DNA of 64,000 nucleotides, from contig CAWERD010000007.1 in the NCBI GenBank assembly GCA_963811435.1, positions 1,079,096-1,143,095 on the forward strand. Direction: 5' to 3'. Under the pieces are notes generated by a model that saw only the letters and a list, made by a program, of their open reading frames with translations, was not told the DNA's origin and made no database searches. The translations under genes were made by a program, and so were the position numbers. Source of the stretch: Vicinamibacterales bacterium (GTDB lineage: Bacteria; Acidobacteriota; Vicinamibacteria; Vicinamibacterales; JAMQPK01). Of the stretch, positions 20,089-30,225 are shown piece after piece (the first letter of the stretch is position 1; every line of letters starts with the position of its first letter).

Positions 20089-21351
20089 AAGCAACCCTGG
20101 ACCATGTTGGGATAGCGGTCAGCGATCTCGAGGCGTCGCTGTCGTTCTTTCGCGATGCGCTCGGGCTCGAGGTCGAGCCGCCGGAAGATGTGGCCGCGCA
20201 GCGTGTGCGCGCGCAATTCATCGCGACAGGGCCTTCCTCGCTGGAGCTGCTGCAGGCAACCGCTCCCGATTCGCCGATCGCCAAATTCCTCGAGCGGCGA
20301 GGCCCCGGACTGCATCACATCACGCTCAGAGTGGACGACATTCGTGCCGTGCTCGCGCAACTGCGCCAGCGGAGCGTGCGGCTCATCGATGAGGAGCCCA
20401 GGCCCGGCGCAGAGGGTGCCACAGTGGCATTCATCCATCCCTCGAGCGCACAGGGCGTCCTGGTCGAGCTCAAGCAGGCGGCGGTGAAGCGGCCCGAGCC
20501 CGAATTGCCGAAGACGATTCGGCTCGGCGACATCGACATCGTGACCGTCTCCGACGGCTTCTTTTACCTCGACGGCGGCGCGATGTTCGGCGTGGTTCCG
20601 AAGACATTCTGGGAAAAGAAGGCGCCGCCCGACGAGCGCAATCGCATCCGCATGGCGATGCGCTGTCTGCTCATCCGCGGGCCGAGGACCATGCTCATCG
20701 ACGCCGGGTCGGGCGACAAGATGACGCCCAAGCAGGCGGAGATCTACCGCTTCGAACGCGACTTCAACCTCCAGCATGCCCTTCCGGCGGCCGGTGTGTC
20801 GGCCGATGCCATCGACATCGTGCTGGCGACGCACCTGCATTTCGATCACGCCGGCGGGTTCACCGCGCGTATGCCAGATGGATCGGTAAGGCCGCGCTTT
20901 CCGCGCGCGCAGTACATCGTCAGGCGCGGCGAGTTCGACGATGCGATGAACCCGAACGAGCGGACCAGGGGCAGCTACTTTTTCGAGAACTACAAGCCTC
21001 TGGCCGATCACCACGTGCTGCAGCTCGTCGATGATGACGCGACGATCATGCCGGGCGTGCGCGTGCGACGGACGGGCGGTCATACCATGCACCATCAGAT
21101 GGTGGTCATCGAGTCGGCCGGGAAGACCGCGGTCTTTGCGGCCGACCTGCTGCCCACCGCGGCGCACCTTCCGGAAGTCTGGGTGATGGGCTACGATTTG
21201 TATCCCGCTCGACACGCTCAATTTCAAGCGGGCCTTCCTCAAAGAGGCGATCGAGCGCGAGTACCTGATTCTGTTCGAGCACGATCCTGACATCGCCGCG
21301 GGCTACATTCGGGAGCGTGACGGCAAGCGGTATGTCGAGCCTGTGGCGTGA
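20085..21351 (+). CDS. Apparent fusion: methylmalonyl-CoA epimerase (VOC/glyoxalase fold) + MBL-fold metallohydrolase; frameshift near 21205
   Basis: The N-terminal 135 aa read LDHVGIAVSDLEASLSFF..GPGLHHITLRVDDI..VLVELKQ (epimerase). They are followed without a stop by an MBL domain (ATHLHFDHAGGF). The C-terminal 45 aa (LDTLNFKRAFLKEAIEREYLILFEHD..) lie in another frame and end at TGA 21349..21351. Confidence 0.7.
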
Positions 21352-21352
21352 C

Positions 21353-22245
21353 ATGGCAGATGAGCAAAGTCGGCCGAGGACGAAGGTTGACCAGATAGGC
21401 GTCATCGGCGGCAGCGGCCTGTACGACATGGCGGAGCTGACCGACCGCGAAGAGCGGAGCGCTGAAGACGCCATTTGGCGATCCGTCGGGACCGTATCTG
21501 ATCGGCACGCTCGCGGGGCAAGCGCGTGGCCTTCCTTGCGCGACACGGCGCCGGACACCGGCTGCTGCCGTCGGAGCTCAACTTCCGCGCGAACATCTTC
21601 GGCTTCAAGCTGCTGGGCGTCGAGCGCATCATTTCGGCCAGCGCCGTCGGCAGCCTCAAGCAGGAGTACCCGCCGCTCGACATCGTCGTGCCCGATCAGT
21701 TTTTCGATCGCACCAAGGGGCGCATCAGCACGTTTTTCGGCAATGGCCTGGCGGCACACGTGGCGTTTGCGCATCCGATTTGCCCCGAGCTGGCCCGGAT
21801 TGGCGCCGACGCGGTTCAGTCGGTGGGCGCAAAGGTTCATCGCGGCGGCACCTACGTCTGCATGGAAGGGCCGCAGTTCTCGACGCTCGCCGAGTCGAAG
21901 CTGTATCGATCGTGGGGCATGGACGTCATCGGCATGACGAATCTTCAGGAAGCCAAGCTCGCGCGCGAAGCCGAGATCTGCTACGTCACGCTGGCGCTCG
22001 TGACCGACTACGACTGCTGGCATCCCGATCACGACTCGGTGACGGTCGAGATGATCGTGCAGACGCTGATGCAGAACGCGCAGACGGCGCAGCGCGCCAT
22101 CGCCGAGGCTATCGCGACGCTTCCGGCCGCGCGCTCGTGCGACTGTGGTTCGGCGCTGAAATACGCGCTCATCACGCGACCGGACGCCATCCCGGCGCAG
22201 GTAAAAAAGGACCTGGCGCCGATCATAGAGAAATACATTCAATAG
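21353..22245 (+). CDS. mtnP: S-methyl-5'-thioadenosine phosphorylase (two frameshifts near 21448 and 21520)
   Basis: [12 protein letters not shown], then [20 protein letters not shown] in a shifted frame. ORF 21526..22245 then reads [56 protein letters not shown]. Confidence 0.8.
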
Positions 22246-22304
22246 GCTTCGGGCTTCTGACTCCGGGCCTGGCCTGGAGCCTGGAGACCGCAGTCTGGAG
22301 CCAC

Positions 22305-23223
22305 ATGAATCCTATTCTTGCCGTTGGTTCTGTCGCATTCGATTCCATCAAGACCCCGTTCGGCGAAGCCAACCGCGTCGTCGGCGGCGCCGCCACGTAT
22401 TTCGCGATTGCGGCGTCGTTCTTCACTGAGGTGCGCATCGTCGCCGTGGTCGGCGAGGACTTCGGCGAGAACGTGCGAGAGGGTCTTCGGCGGGCGCAGA
22501 ATCGATCTCGCCGGGCTCGAGAGAGTGCCGGGAGAGACCTTTCGCTGGAAAGGGGAATACGGCTTCGACCTGAACAGCCGCGAGACGATCTACACGCACC
22601 TGAACGTGTTCGAACAATTCACGCCGAAGATTCCCGAGAGCCATAAGTCGTCGCCGTTCGTGTTCCTGGGCAACATCCACCCGACGTTGCAGATGGACGT
22701 GCTGGACCAGGTGCAGAAGCCGCGGCTCGTCGGCGCCGACACCATGAACTACTGGATCGAGCGGACGCCCGGCGAGCTGAAGCAGGTGCTGAAGCGCGTG
22801 GACGTGCTGTTGATCAACGACTCTGAAGCCCGCGAGCTTGCGGGAGAGGCGAACCTGGTGAAGGCCGCGCGAGCGATTCAGGCGCATGGGGCCCAGGACG
22901 CTCGTCATCAAGCGCGGCGAGCACGGGGTGCTGATGACGCGCACGCGGCGGCGGATTTTTTGCCGCCCCGGCCATGCCGCTCGAAGAGGTGTTCGATCCG
23001 ACGGGCGCGGGCGATACGTTTGCCGGCGGATTTCTGGGCTATCTCGCGTCGTGCGACGGCGTCGACGACGCCGCGCTGGCGCGCGCCATCATCTACGGGA
23101 GCACGCTGGCCTCATTCGCCGTGGAAGACTTCAGCGTCGATCGGCTGCTGCGGCTCACCCGCGACGAAGTCGACGTCGCGCTTCAACGAGTTCAAGAAGC
23201 TCACGCATTTCGACGTCGTCTAA
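22305..23223 (+). CDS. PfkB-family carbohydrate kinase (at least 3 frameshifts)
   Basis: Tiled from ORFs 21780..22646 (MNPILAVGSVAFDSIKTPFG), 22318..23223, 22886.. (LVIKRGEHGVLM) and 22974.. (DPTGAGDTFAGGFLGYL, the PfkB signature). Confidence 0.7.
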
Positions 23224-23226
23224 CGA

Positions 23227-24521
23227 TTATTTGAACTCCGACCCGTCTTTCCACAGCGCCGCCGGCGGATCGTTGTCGACGAGGTACTCGAACTCTTTGC
23301 TGAAATTCTTCGTTCGACAGCCCGGCCGTTGCCGCAAGCTTTGCGAGCTCGTGCGGATCCTCGAAATCGTCCTTCCGCAGCCGAATCATGTAACGCCGCG
23401 CGATGTGATAGCGCGTGGAGTCGACGTCGACGAGCCGGGTTTTCGCCCGGCCGGTCTTCGGGTCGAGCATCGTCCTTGAACGGAATCGGGACGAAGCGCC
23501 CGGCCTGCATCGACACCATGGCATTGGACCCGCCGGACAGCACATATTTCGCCGCGCAGTAGCCGAGATCGCGCGTGTATTCCATGTCGAACGGAATCGG
23601 GTCGGCGCATCGCAGCTCGTAGCCGATGTTCTTGGCCACGAGCGTCGACTTGATCCCGAATTCCTTGAGCCGCGTGGCGATCTGCGACCTTCAGGATCTC
23701 GCCGATGTTGACTTCGGCGATGCGCACGTGGCCGTGGGCATCGCGCTCGACGCTCTTTCAGCTCGGCGAGGTCGTCTTCGCTGATGTGCAGCACGACGCC
23801 TTCGCCGATCACCGCGACGCCATCCCGCCGGCCATAGCTCATCCGTTTGATGATGGCGCCGACGAGCGTGTCGACCATCACCTTCAGCCGCAGCGGTGGG
23901 GTGAATTCCTCGGGAATGAGCGCCAGTGTCGCGCCCGCTGCCTTCGCGATGCCGAGGCTCAGGTGGCCCGCCGTCCGGCCCATCGCAATGACGAAGTACC
24001 AGCGCGAGGTCGTCTTGGCGTCCACCATCAGGTTCTTGACGATCTCGACGCCGTAGTGACGCGCCGTCTGAAATCCGAATGTGTCGATATGCGCAGGCAG
24101 GTCGAGGTCGTTGTCGATGGTTTTCGGCACGTGCACAACCCGCAGCCGTCCGGCTGCATGCTCGGCTAGCTTCATGGCCGAGAACGCCGTATCGTCGCCG
24201 CCGATCGTGATGAGCTGCGAGACATTCAGCCGCAGCAGCGACTGCACGGCATTCTCGAGCAACGCCGGGCTTTTCGACGGGTTCGCCCTGGCGATGCCGA
24301 TGTGCGAGCCGCCGCGAAAATGGATGCGGCTGACGCCTTCGATCGTGAGCGGCGTGACATGATCGATGTCGCCCTGCATGATCCACTCGAAGCCGTCGCG
24401 CAGGCCGATGACGTCGACACCCTGCAGGCGGGCGCGTATGGTCGCTGCCCCGATAACACTGTTGAGACCGGGCGCCGGGCCGCCGCCGCATAGAGATCGC
24501 CAGCTTGTTGTGGGTTTCCAT
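23227..24521 (-). CDS. 6-phosphofructokinase, PPi/ATP-dependent PfkA family (at least 4 frameshifts)
   Basis: Tiled from ORFs 23691..24521 (METHNKLAI..), 23201..24379 (ITIGGDDTAFSAMKL..VHVPKTIDNDL..MGRTAGHLSL), 23386..23727 and 23220..23639 (GYELRCADPIPFDMEYTRDLGY). The reconstructed C-terminus is EFEYLVDNDPPAALWKDGSEFK, with the TAA complement at 23227..23229. Confidence 0.8.
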
Positions 24522-24637
24522 GTGGCGGTTATTGTAATTTTTCGTCTCTCAAGTGTGCAATTCTTGAAACCGTACCGTCGCGCGCGTCCATTTCTGCCGG
24601 CGATTCCGTTGGAAAGGAATTTGCTTCATTAAGAAAT

Positions 24638-25271
24638 GTGCGACTCGAAAAGGAATCGTTCGGACCAGTCCTCCGGGCAGCGCGCGAACGGCGGGGCGTC
24701 ACCCTCAAACAACTGGCCGCAGAAACAAAACTCAGCGTCGAGCTCTGGGAGTCGCTCGAAGAGAACGACCTGTCGCGCTGGCCCAAGCGCGTCTTTGCGC
24801 GGAGCTACGTTCGTGACTACGCGTTGAGGGTCGGGCTCGACGCGGACGAAGTGGTGAACGAATTCTGCCGGCTGTTTCCCGAGTGGGGCGATCGACGCGC
24901 CGAGCGGGTGATTCGCGAGAAGGCGCAAATCATCGCGCACGATCTCGATTGGGAAGACCTGCCCGCTCCGAATCAGCGTCGCGCGAGCGACCGCCCGGCG
25001 GGCCACGCGGGATTCCTCACGCGGCATCGCGTGCGCATTCTCGGCCGTCGCCATCGACGTGCCGGCCATGCTCGGCCTGGGGTATGCCGGCGCGCTGTTG
25101 GGCTTCAACTACTGGACCTCGACCGCCGTGGCCGCCGTGGCGTATTCGGTGGCCGCAACCGCATTTGTGGGCCGCAGTTTCGGCCTGGTGGCCTCGGAGT
25201 GGATCCTTCGTACGCTGGGAGCCATGCCCGGCACCCGGCGGTTCCTGTCCTCGCGCGCCCAGAGCGCGTAA
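24638..25271 (+). CDS. Helix-turn-helix (RodZ-like HTH_25) membrane-anchored protein, frameshift near 25040
   Basis: N-terminal FGPVLRAARERRGVTLKQLAAETKLSVELWESLEENDLSRWP. The C-terminal TM segment AMLGLGYAGALLGFNYWTSTAVAAVAYSVAATAFV lies in ORF 25059..25271. Confidence 0.55.
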
Positions 25272-25350
25272 TTCCGCCCGTTTTTTGCCCCGCGCTGTTC
25301 ATTTCTGATATCCTCACGCTCCTGTTGAGTTCGGCGAAAAGGAGTGAGAG

Positions 25351-25692
25351 ATGCAGATAGCAGAGCGGGAAGTGGGAGCAGTCACGGTCCTCGATCTTTC
25401 GGGAAAAATCACCCTTGGCGAGGGCGACACTCTGCTCAAAGACAAACTGCATAGCTTGCTGCATCAGGGCAAGAAAAACCTGCTGCTGAATCTCGCGCAG
25501 GTCAACTACGTCGACAGCGCGGGTCTCGGCGCGCTCGTCAGCGCCTACACCACCGTCACGCGCGAAGGCGGCAATCTCAAGCTCGCCAACGTGACCAAGA
25601 GGCTGCAGGATTTGCTGTCGATTACCAAGCTGCTGACGGTCTTCGAAACCTACGACGCCGAAGACGAAGCACTGCGCAGCTACAAGAAGTAA
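25351..25692 (+). CDS. STAS-domain anti-sigma-factor antagonist (SpoIIAA-like)
   Basis: 113 aa with VLDLSGKITLGEG..LLLNLAQVNYVDSAGLGALVSAY..GGNLKLANV. The conserved phosphorylatable Ser sits in the DSAGLG motif. Confidence 0.85.
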   Translation: MQIAEREVGAVTVLDLSGKITLGEGDTLLKDKLHSLLHQGKKNLLLNLAQVNYVDSAGLGALVSAYTTVTREGGNLKLANVTKRLQDLLSITKLLTVFETYDAEDEALRSYKK

Positions 25693-25771
25693 GACACAGG
25701 ATCAAAACAGAAGATCCGAGGATCAGAAGAATTGTTCTGAAGAATGTTCTTTTGATCGGCTGGTCTTCTGT

Positions 25772-27044
25772 CTATCCCTTGCGGAAGACCACAATCCGGT
25801 TGGTGTTCGTCCCCTTCGAGTTGTTTCGCACTCCCCAGCAATTGGCGGTTTTGGTGAACTGCTGGGAGTTGATCACGACCAGAAGCGGCTCCAGTCCCGA
25901 GACGATACCGCACGGCAGCACGGCTTCCTCGAGCTTGACCTTTCCGCCGCGTACTTCGCCCACCTCGAAGGCCACGTGACCCCCGGGCCGCAGCACGCGG
26001 GCCAGCTCCTGAAACACGCTCGTCATAGCCGCCTGCCACTGGTCGACCTTGCGATGAATGGAAATCTTGACCGCGGAGGTGTCGATGTCGCAGAACCATC
26101 CGCGCAGCCAGTTGTCGCCGGCATAGTCGACCACGTCGAGGAATGGCGGCGAGGTGACCACCAGGCTCACCGTGCCCGCCTTGAGTTGCGGCGTCGAGTG
26201 GGCCGGACGCGTCAGGAGCGCGGCGCGTTGCGCCGACCGTAACAGCTTCGCGCGCGTCGTGCTGTCGCAATCGCGCAGCAGCGATCGGGTTTTTGTCGCA
26301 ATCAGCGTGCGGACGTCGCGGCGCGGCGGAACCTGCTTGCGCCGCGCGTTGATCTTCGTTTGCGCCTCCAGCGACGCGGCCTGATTGGGCGGCAGCGTGT
26401 AGACGGAAAAGAAACCGGGGGAGTGACCGGTCAGCCGATTGACGGCGACCATTCGAATCCAGCGGTCGACGCCGTCGAGCGTGCCGCGGCTGGCTCGCGT
26501 CAGCAGGTACTCACGCAGGGCGCAGATTTCCCCGAGCGTGTCGGGATGGTAGAAGACTTCCAGCTCTTCCGGATACGACGCCGCCGAGGTCGAGATCCAG
26601 CGACTCGAGCCTTTCCGCAACCTCGTCGGCGGTCGGAGGAGCCAGGCGTGGCTGTGCGAGGACTGCGCTCAGCGGGTTGATGTCGCAGCCGACGGGCGTT
26701 CGCCCCGCGAGCGCAGCTTCGAGAATCGTCGTCCCGCGGCCCATGAACGGGTCGTACACGATGTCGCCCGGCGCCGTGAACCGATCGATGAAGAACCGCG
26801 GAAGCTGGGGCTTGAAGCACGCGCGGTAGGACACCTCGTGCAGGCTGTGTGCGGCGCGCTGCCGGCTCGTCCAGAACTCGTTGACGAATGTCTCGACGAC
26901 GATTGGCCGCGATTTCGCCAGCCCGACGCTCGTGATGGCGCGCGTGGTCGGCCGGCCATTCCATTCGAACGCGCGCAGCTCGCGGACAATCGATGGCTGT
27001 GGCGAAGGCGACGCTGGGAGACGCTGGGGGGCGCTTGATCGCAT
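25772..27044 (-). CDS. Solitary SAM-dependent DNA (N4-C or N6-A) methyltransferase, frameshift near 26585
   Basis: ORF 26511..27044 carries motif I (DIVYDPFMGRGTTILEAALAGRTPVGCDINP). ORF 25772..26620 carries motif IV (VSLVVTSPPFLDVVDY) and RVLRPGGHVAF. The two join as ERLESLDLDL/SAASYPEELEVFYHP. No nuclease-like ORF is adjacent. Confidence 0.7.
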
Positions 27045-27049
27045 AGATA

Positions 27050-27125
27050 GCTCTGGGGGTTCGCGGGTTCGTCAGGTTCATTTACGAACCGACGAACCGT
27101 TGTGTGAACCCTGCCTGAGCTATCT
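27050..27125. repeat. Nested inverted repeat between methyltransferase start and upstream gene stop
   Basis: The outer 11-bp inverted repeat is atagatagctc .. gagctatctat. The inner arms are tandem GGTTCG units, ggttcgcgggttcgtcaggttca / gaaccgacgaaccgttgtgtgaacc. The same unit appears in the array at 32326..32378. Confidence 0.7.
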
Positions 27126-29555
27126 ATCGGCAGAAGTGTGCAGAAGTACAGCGGCCGCCAAATAGATGGCGCCTCCGGTCAGCAGCGTGACCGAAAAGCC
27201 CCAGTTCATGGCGATGAACACGGCCAGCGTGGCGCCAATCACCGAGAGCGCGCCGTTCATGCCCCACGCCCAAGGTACGAGGGATGAACCACTTACGGTC
27301 ATCAGGCGGATGCCGGCAGGCAACGGGATGCCCATCAGCACTCCCGCCGGGGCAATGAGCAGGACGGTCAGGGCAATCCTGGCGCCACGGCTGGCGCTGA
27401 TGGCAGACCGGATGATCGGTGGCAGTGCGACGATGCCCAGAATCGCGACCGCGACCACTCCCAGCATGATGAGCGTCACCGTGCCACGCAGGCGGTCGTC
27501 AGTGATGCGACGGCTGACCAGGCTGCCGATGCCCGTCCCCAGCAGCACCGAAAACAGCGTCACGGTGAGCGAGTAAACAGGATGGCCGAGCAACAGCACG
27601 AAGCGCTGAAGCAGGGCCACCTCGATCATCATGAACCCGGCGCCCAGCATGCCGAAATACGCCAGCCACAGCGGCCAGCGGCTGCCGCGAAGCTCGCTGC
27701 CCGAGAACACGAGCGGACCGACCACGAAGAGCGTGACGAAGGTGGCCGAGATCGCCATCAGTGTCATGAGCGCGCTGAGGCCGTTGCCGAACAGCATGCT
27801 GCGGCCGAAGGCCGTATGAAACTGATCCTTGATCTTCGTCGTGTGAAAGAAGAACGGGCGATTATCGGTCGTGGGCTCGACATCGTGGTGGTACGCGTCG
27901 TAGAACGCCTGTCGATCTTTGGCGAGCACGAGCTTCGCGTAGTCGTTGGTCGCGTCGGTCTGCCCGGGAGCATAAAGGACGGTGAAGCCGAGGCCGGCTG
28001 ACGTCGCGCGAAGCTGTGCGACGTCCTGCGCGCTGAACGGGGTCTTCTTCAGCAGGAACGTCGCAACGCGATCCTGCTGCACGATGGCGATGTGATCGGC
28101 CGCCGAGCATCCGCGGCTTTCGCACGCCGCCTGCGCCAGCGACACGAGGCGCAGTCCGTCGAACACCCATCGCGTAATGGTCAGCATGCCGCGATCGGTG
28201 AGGTGGTCGTAGTAGTCCTCGAACGCTTCTTTGGTGTAGAGCGTGTTCTCGGTCAGCGTGTAGGCGCCGGCTGCGGTTGCGGCCCAGGTATCGACGAGCG
28301 AGGCCTGGATGATGTCGTAGCGCGACTGGGATCGCCGGATGAAGCTGCGCCCGTCATCCACGACAACGTTGACGTTCGGGTTCTGGTAGATCGATCCCGA
28401 GAAGTCTCGGAACTGTCCGAGCATGACGTCGTTGGCGATGATCGGGTTCACCTCGACGCCTTCGACACGGTTTGCGCCAAACACGAGCGCGGTCAGCAGA
28501 TCGCGTCCACCCCCCGGGCCGATGACGAGCGCCGTGATGGGGTCTGACCCCGAGGCGCTGGTTTTCGCGGAATCCGCGCCATTTTCCTCTTGGGGGTCTG
28601 ACCCCCGTACAGTACCGGGGTCAGACCCCACGAGGTGGAACGCGAGCCCGGTGAGCTCGTACTTCAGATACTCGACCTTCGACAGATCACCATCGAAACG
28701 GACGATCGGAGTCGACGCCGCGGAATCGATGTCCATGAACCGGGTTTCCGGTTTTGCGCCGTCGTATTTCGAGCTCAACGACCAGTCGCCGTGCGAACGG
28801 TCGTACACGGCCACGCGTGAGAACGAATTCCACTTCGCAAAGAGCACCGTGTCTTCGGCGTGCCCCTTTGTGTTGCTCACATCGAAGGGCGCCGTTCCCG
28901 CCAGCTGCAGCGCACCTGGTATGCCCACAGCCAGTGCCGCGATCGTCGCCGTGCGGGCCATCGTCCTGGCCGGTGAGAAGAGCAGCGCCGCCGCGCCGCC
29001 GAGCACCGCCGCGAGCAGCACCACGCCAGGCGCGCCGAACCGGTTCAGCAGCGGCAGCAGGAGAAGGCATCCAGCCGCTGCACCGATGAGGTCGGCGCCA
29101 TACACGATGTTCACGTGCCTTCGCAGGCGCGTGATCGCGAGGGAAATGACGGCGCCGCCGCTGAAAAACGGCAGAGCCGCCAGCGTGTAGATGGCGATCA
29201 TCTTCACGAGGTTTTCGTGCGAGTAGTTGAGCCCGACACGGATGCGCACGAGCGCCGCGAGCGACAGAACCGTGACGCCCGCGAAGAGGAGCGAGTGTGA
29301 TGTGAGCAGGTTCGCCGTCGGGCGCCGGTCGAATACCCGGCGCATGATGTAGACGTACACACCGCTCGCGCTCAGCCCGAAGAGGGCAATCGAGATGGCA
29401 AGAAACGCGAAGTGGTAGTACATCGTGACCGAGAAAATGCGCGTGAGCGCCAATTCGATCATCAGGATGGCGCCCGCGATTGCGCCGACGCCGACGAGCG
29501 TTCGAGCGAAGCTGGCGCGCGACAGTTCCTCGTGGTGCTCAGCGTGTAACGACAT
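27120..29555 (-). CDS. Fused MFS-like membrane domain / spermidine synthase-like protein
   Basis: 811 aa with about 7 N-terminal TM helices. The central aminopropyltransferase-like domain reads VIGPGGGRDLL and YDIIQASLVDTWAATAAGAYTLTEN. About 6 C-terminal TM helices follow. Confidence 0.8.
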   Translation of the reverse strand: MSLHAEHHEELSRASFARTLVGVGAIAGAILMIELALTRIFSVTMYYHFAFLAISIALFGLSASGVYVYIMRRVFDRRPTANLLTSHSLLFAGVTVLSLAALVRIRVGLNYSHENLVKMIAIYTLAALPFFSGGAVISLAITRLRRHVNIVYGADLIGAAAGCLLLLPLLNRFGAPGVVLLAAVLGGAAALLFSPARTMARTATIAALAVGIPGALQLAGTAPFDVSNTKGHAEDTVLFAKWNSFSRVAVYDRSHGDWSLSSKYDGAKPETRFMDIDSAASTPIVRFDGDLSKVEYLKYELTGLAFHLVGSDPGTVRGSDPQEENGADSAKTSASGSDPITALVIGPGGGRDLLTALVFGANRVEGVEVNPIIANDVMLGQFRDFSGSIYQNPNVNVVVDDGRSFIRRSQSRYDIIQASLVDTWAATAAGAYTLTENTLYTKEAFEDYYDHLTDRGMLTITRWVFDGLRLVSLAQAACESRGCSAADHIAIVQQDRVATFLLKKTPFSAQDVAQLRATSAGLGFTVLYAPGQTDATNDYAKLVLAKDRQAFYDAYHHDVEPTTDNRPFFFHTTKIKDQFHTAFGRSMLFGNGLSALMTLMAISATFVTLFVVGPLVFSGSELRGSRWPLWLAYFGMLGAGFMMIEVALLQRFVLLLGHPVYSLTVTLFSVLLGTGIGSLVSRRITDDRLRGTVTLIMLGVVAVAILGIVALPPIIRSAISASRGARIALTVLLIAPAGVLMGIPLPAGIRLMTVSGSSLVPWAWGMNGALSVIGATLAVFIAMNWGFSVTLLTGGAIYLAAAVLLHTSADR
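28539..28629. repeat. 91-bp block with three GGGGTCWGACCCC palindromes, in frame inside the spermidine-synthase-like CDS
   Basis: Copies lie at 28539..28551, 28593..28605 and 28617..28629, plus an inner cgcggaatccgcg palindrome. The block is translated as VGSDPGTVRGSDPQEENGADSAKTSASGSDPIT, immediately before the GPGGGRD SAM loop. Confidence 0.85.
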
Positions 29556-29600
29556 TCGCTTCGAAGTTTAGCATCAGGAAGTTGGGGTAAACTGGCAGCC

Positions 29601-29990
29601 GTGCCGGCGAGCGCTTCGGTTCGAACGCAATCACCCAATCACCTTCTCATCTGTGCGGCGGCCTGGGCGGTTCCCGGTCTCGGGCATTTGTGGCTCGGGC
29701 GTCGGAAAGGGCTGATCTTTCTCGTCGTGCTGATGGCGATGTTCGGGTTTGGGCTGCTGCTGCACGGGCGCATTTTCTCCATCGATTTCGCCGAACCGTT
29801 CGTGGCCCTGATGGCGCTGGCCAACATGGGAGTCGGTCTTCCGTATTTCGTCGCGCGCGGCATGGGCTATGGCGCGGGCAACGTCATCGCCGTTACCTAC
29901 GAGTACGGCAACACGTTTCTGATCGTCTCCGGTCTGCTGAACGCGCTCGTCGTCATCGACGCGTTCGATATTTCCATGGGCCGCAAGTGA
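29601..29990 (+). CDS. Hypothetical integral membrane protein
   Basis: 129 aa with three or four predicted TM helices (AVPGLGHLWLGRRKGLIFLVVLMAMFGFGLLL). The family is not recognised. Confidence 0.5.
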   Translation: MPASASVRTQSPNHLLICAAAWAVPGLGHLWLGRRKGLIFLVVLMAMFGFGLLLHGRIFSIDFAEPFVALMALANMGVGLPYFVARGMGYGAGNVIAVTYEYGNTFLIVSGLLNALVVIDAFDISMGRK

Positions 29991-30163
29991 TGGAAAGCCA
30001 TTTTCTGCTGATGCTGATTTTCTCGCTCTGCGTCTCGGCCGTCTTTGCCGGCCTGATGCGCGAGGAGACGCGTGAGCAGCTCGTGGTCGGCGCGAAGATG
30101 TTCGGCGCGATGATGGCCGCCGCGCTGATTCTCGGCTGGCTGATGCTACCGTTTCCTATCTAA
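29990..30163 (+). CDS. Small hypothetical membrane protein (57 aa)
   Basis: An ATGA overlap with the previous stop suggests translational coupling. The sequence MESHFLLMLIFSLCVSAVFAGL...AALILGWLMLPFPI gives two TM helices. Confidence 0.35.
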   Translation: MESHFLLMLIFSLCVSAVFAGLMREETREQLVVGAKMFGAMMAAALILGWLMLPFPI

Positions 30164-30225
30164 GTCTGGCGCCTACGCTTCACCGCTCACCGTTCCTGTC
30201 GTTCTGGGCCCCCGTCATCGCGTAC

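Noticed and set aside
25693-25771. Heat-shock-element-like or operator palindromes (AGAAnnTTCT words) between the STAS gene and the methyltransferase.
   Set aside because: The spacer lies between convergent 3' ends, so a promoter operator is unlikely. The imperfect inverted repeat GATCAGAAGAA..TTCTTTTGATC is most simply a bidirectional terminator.
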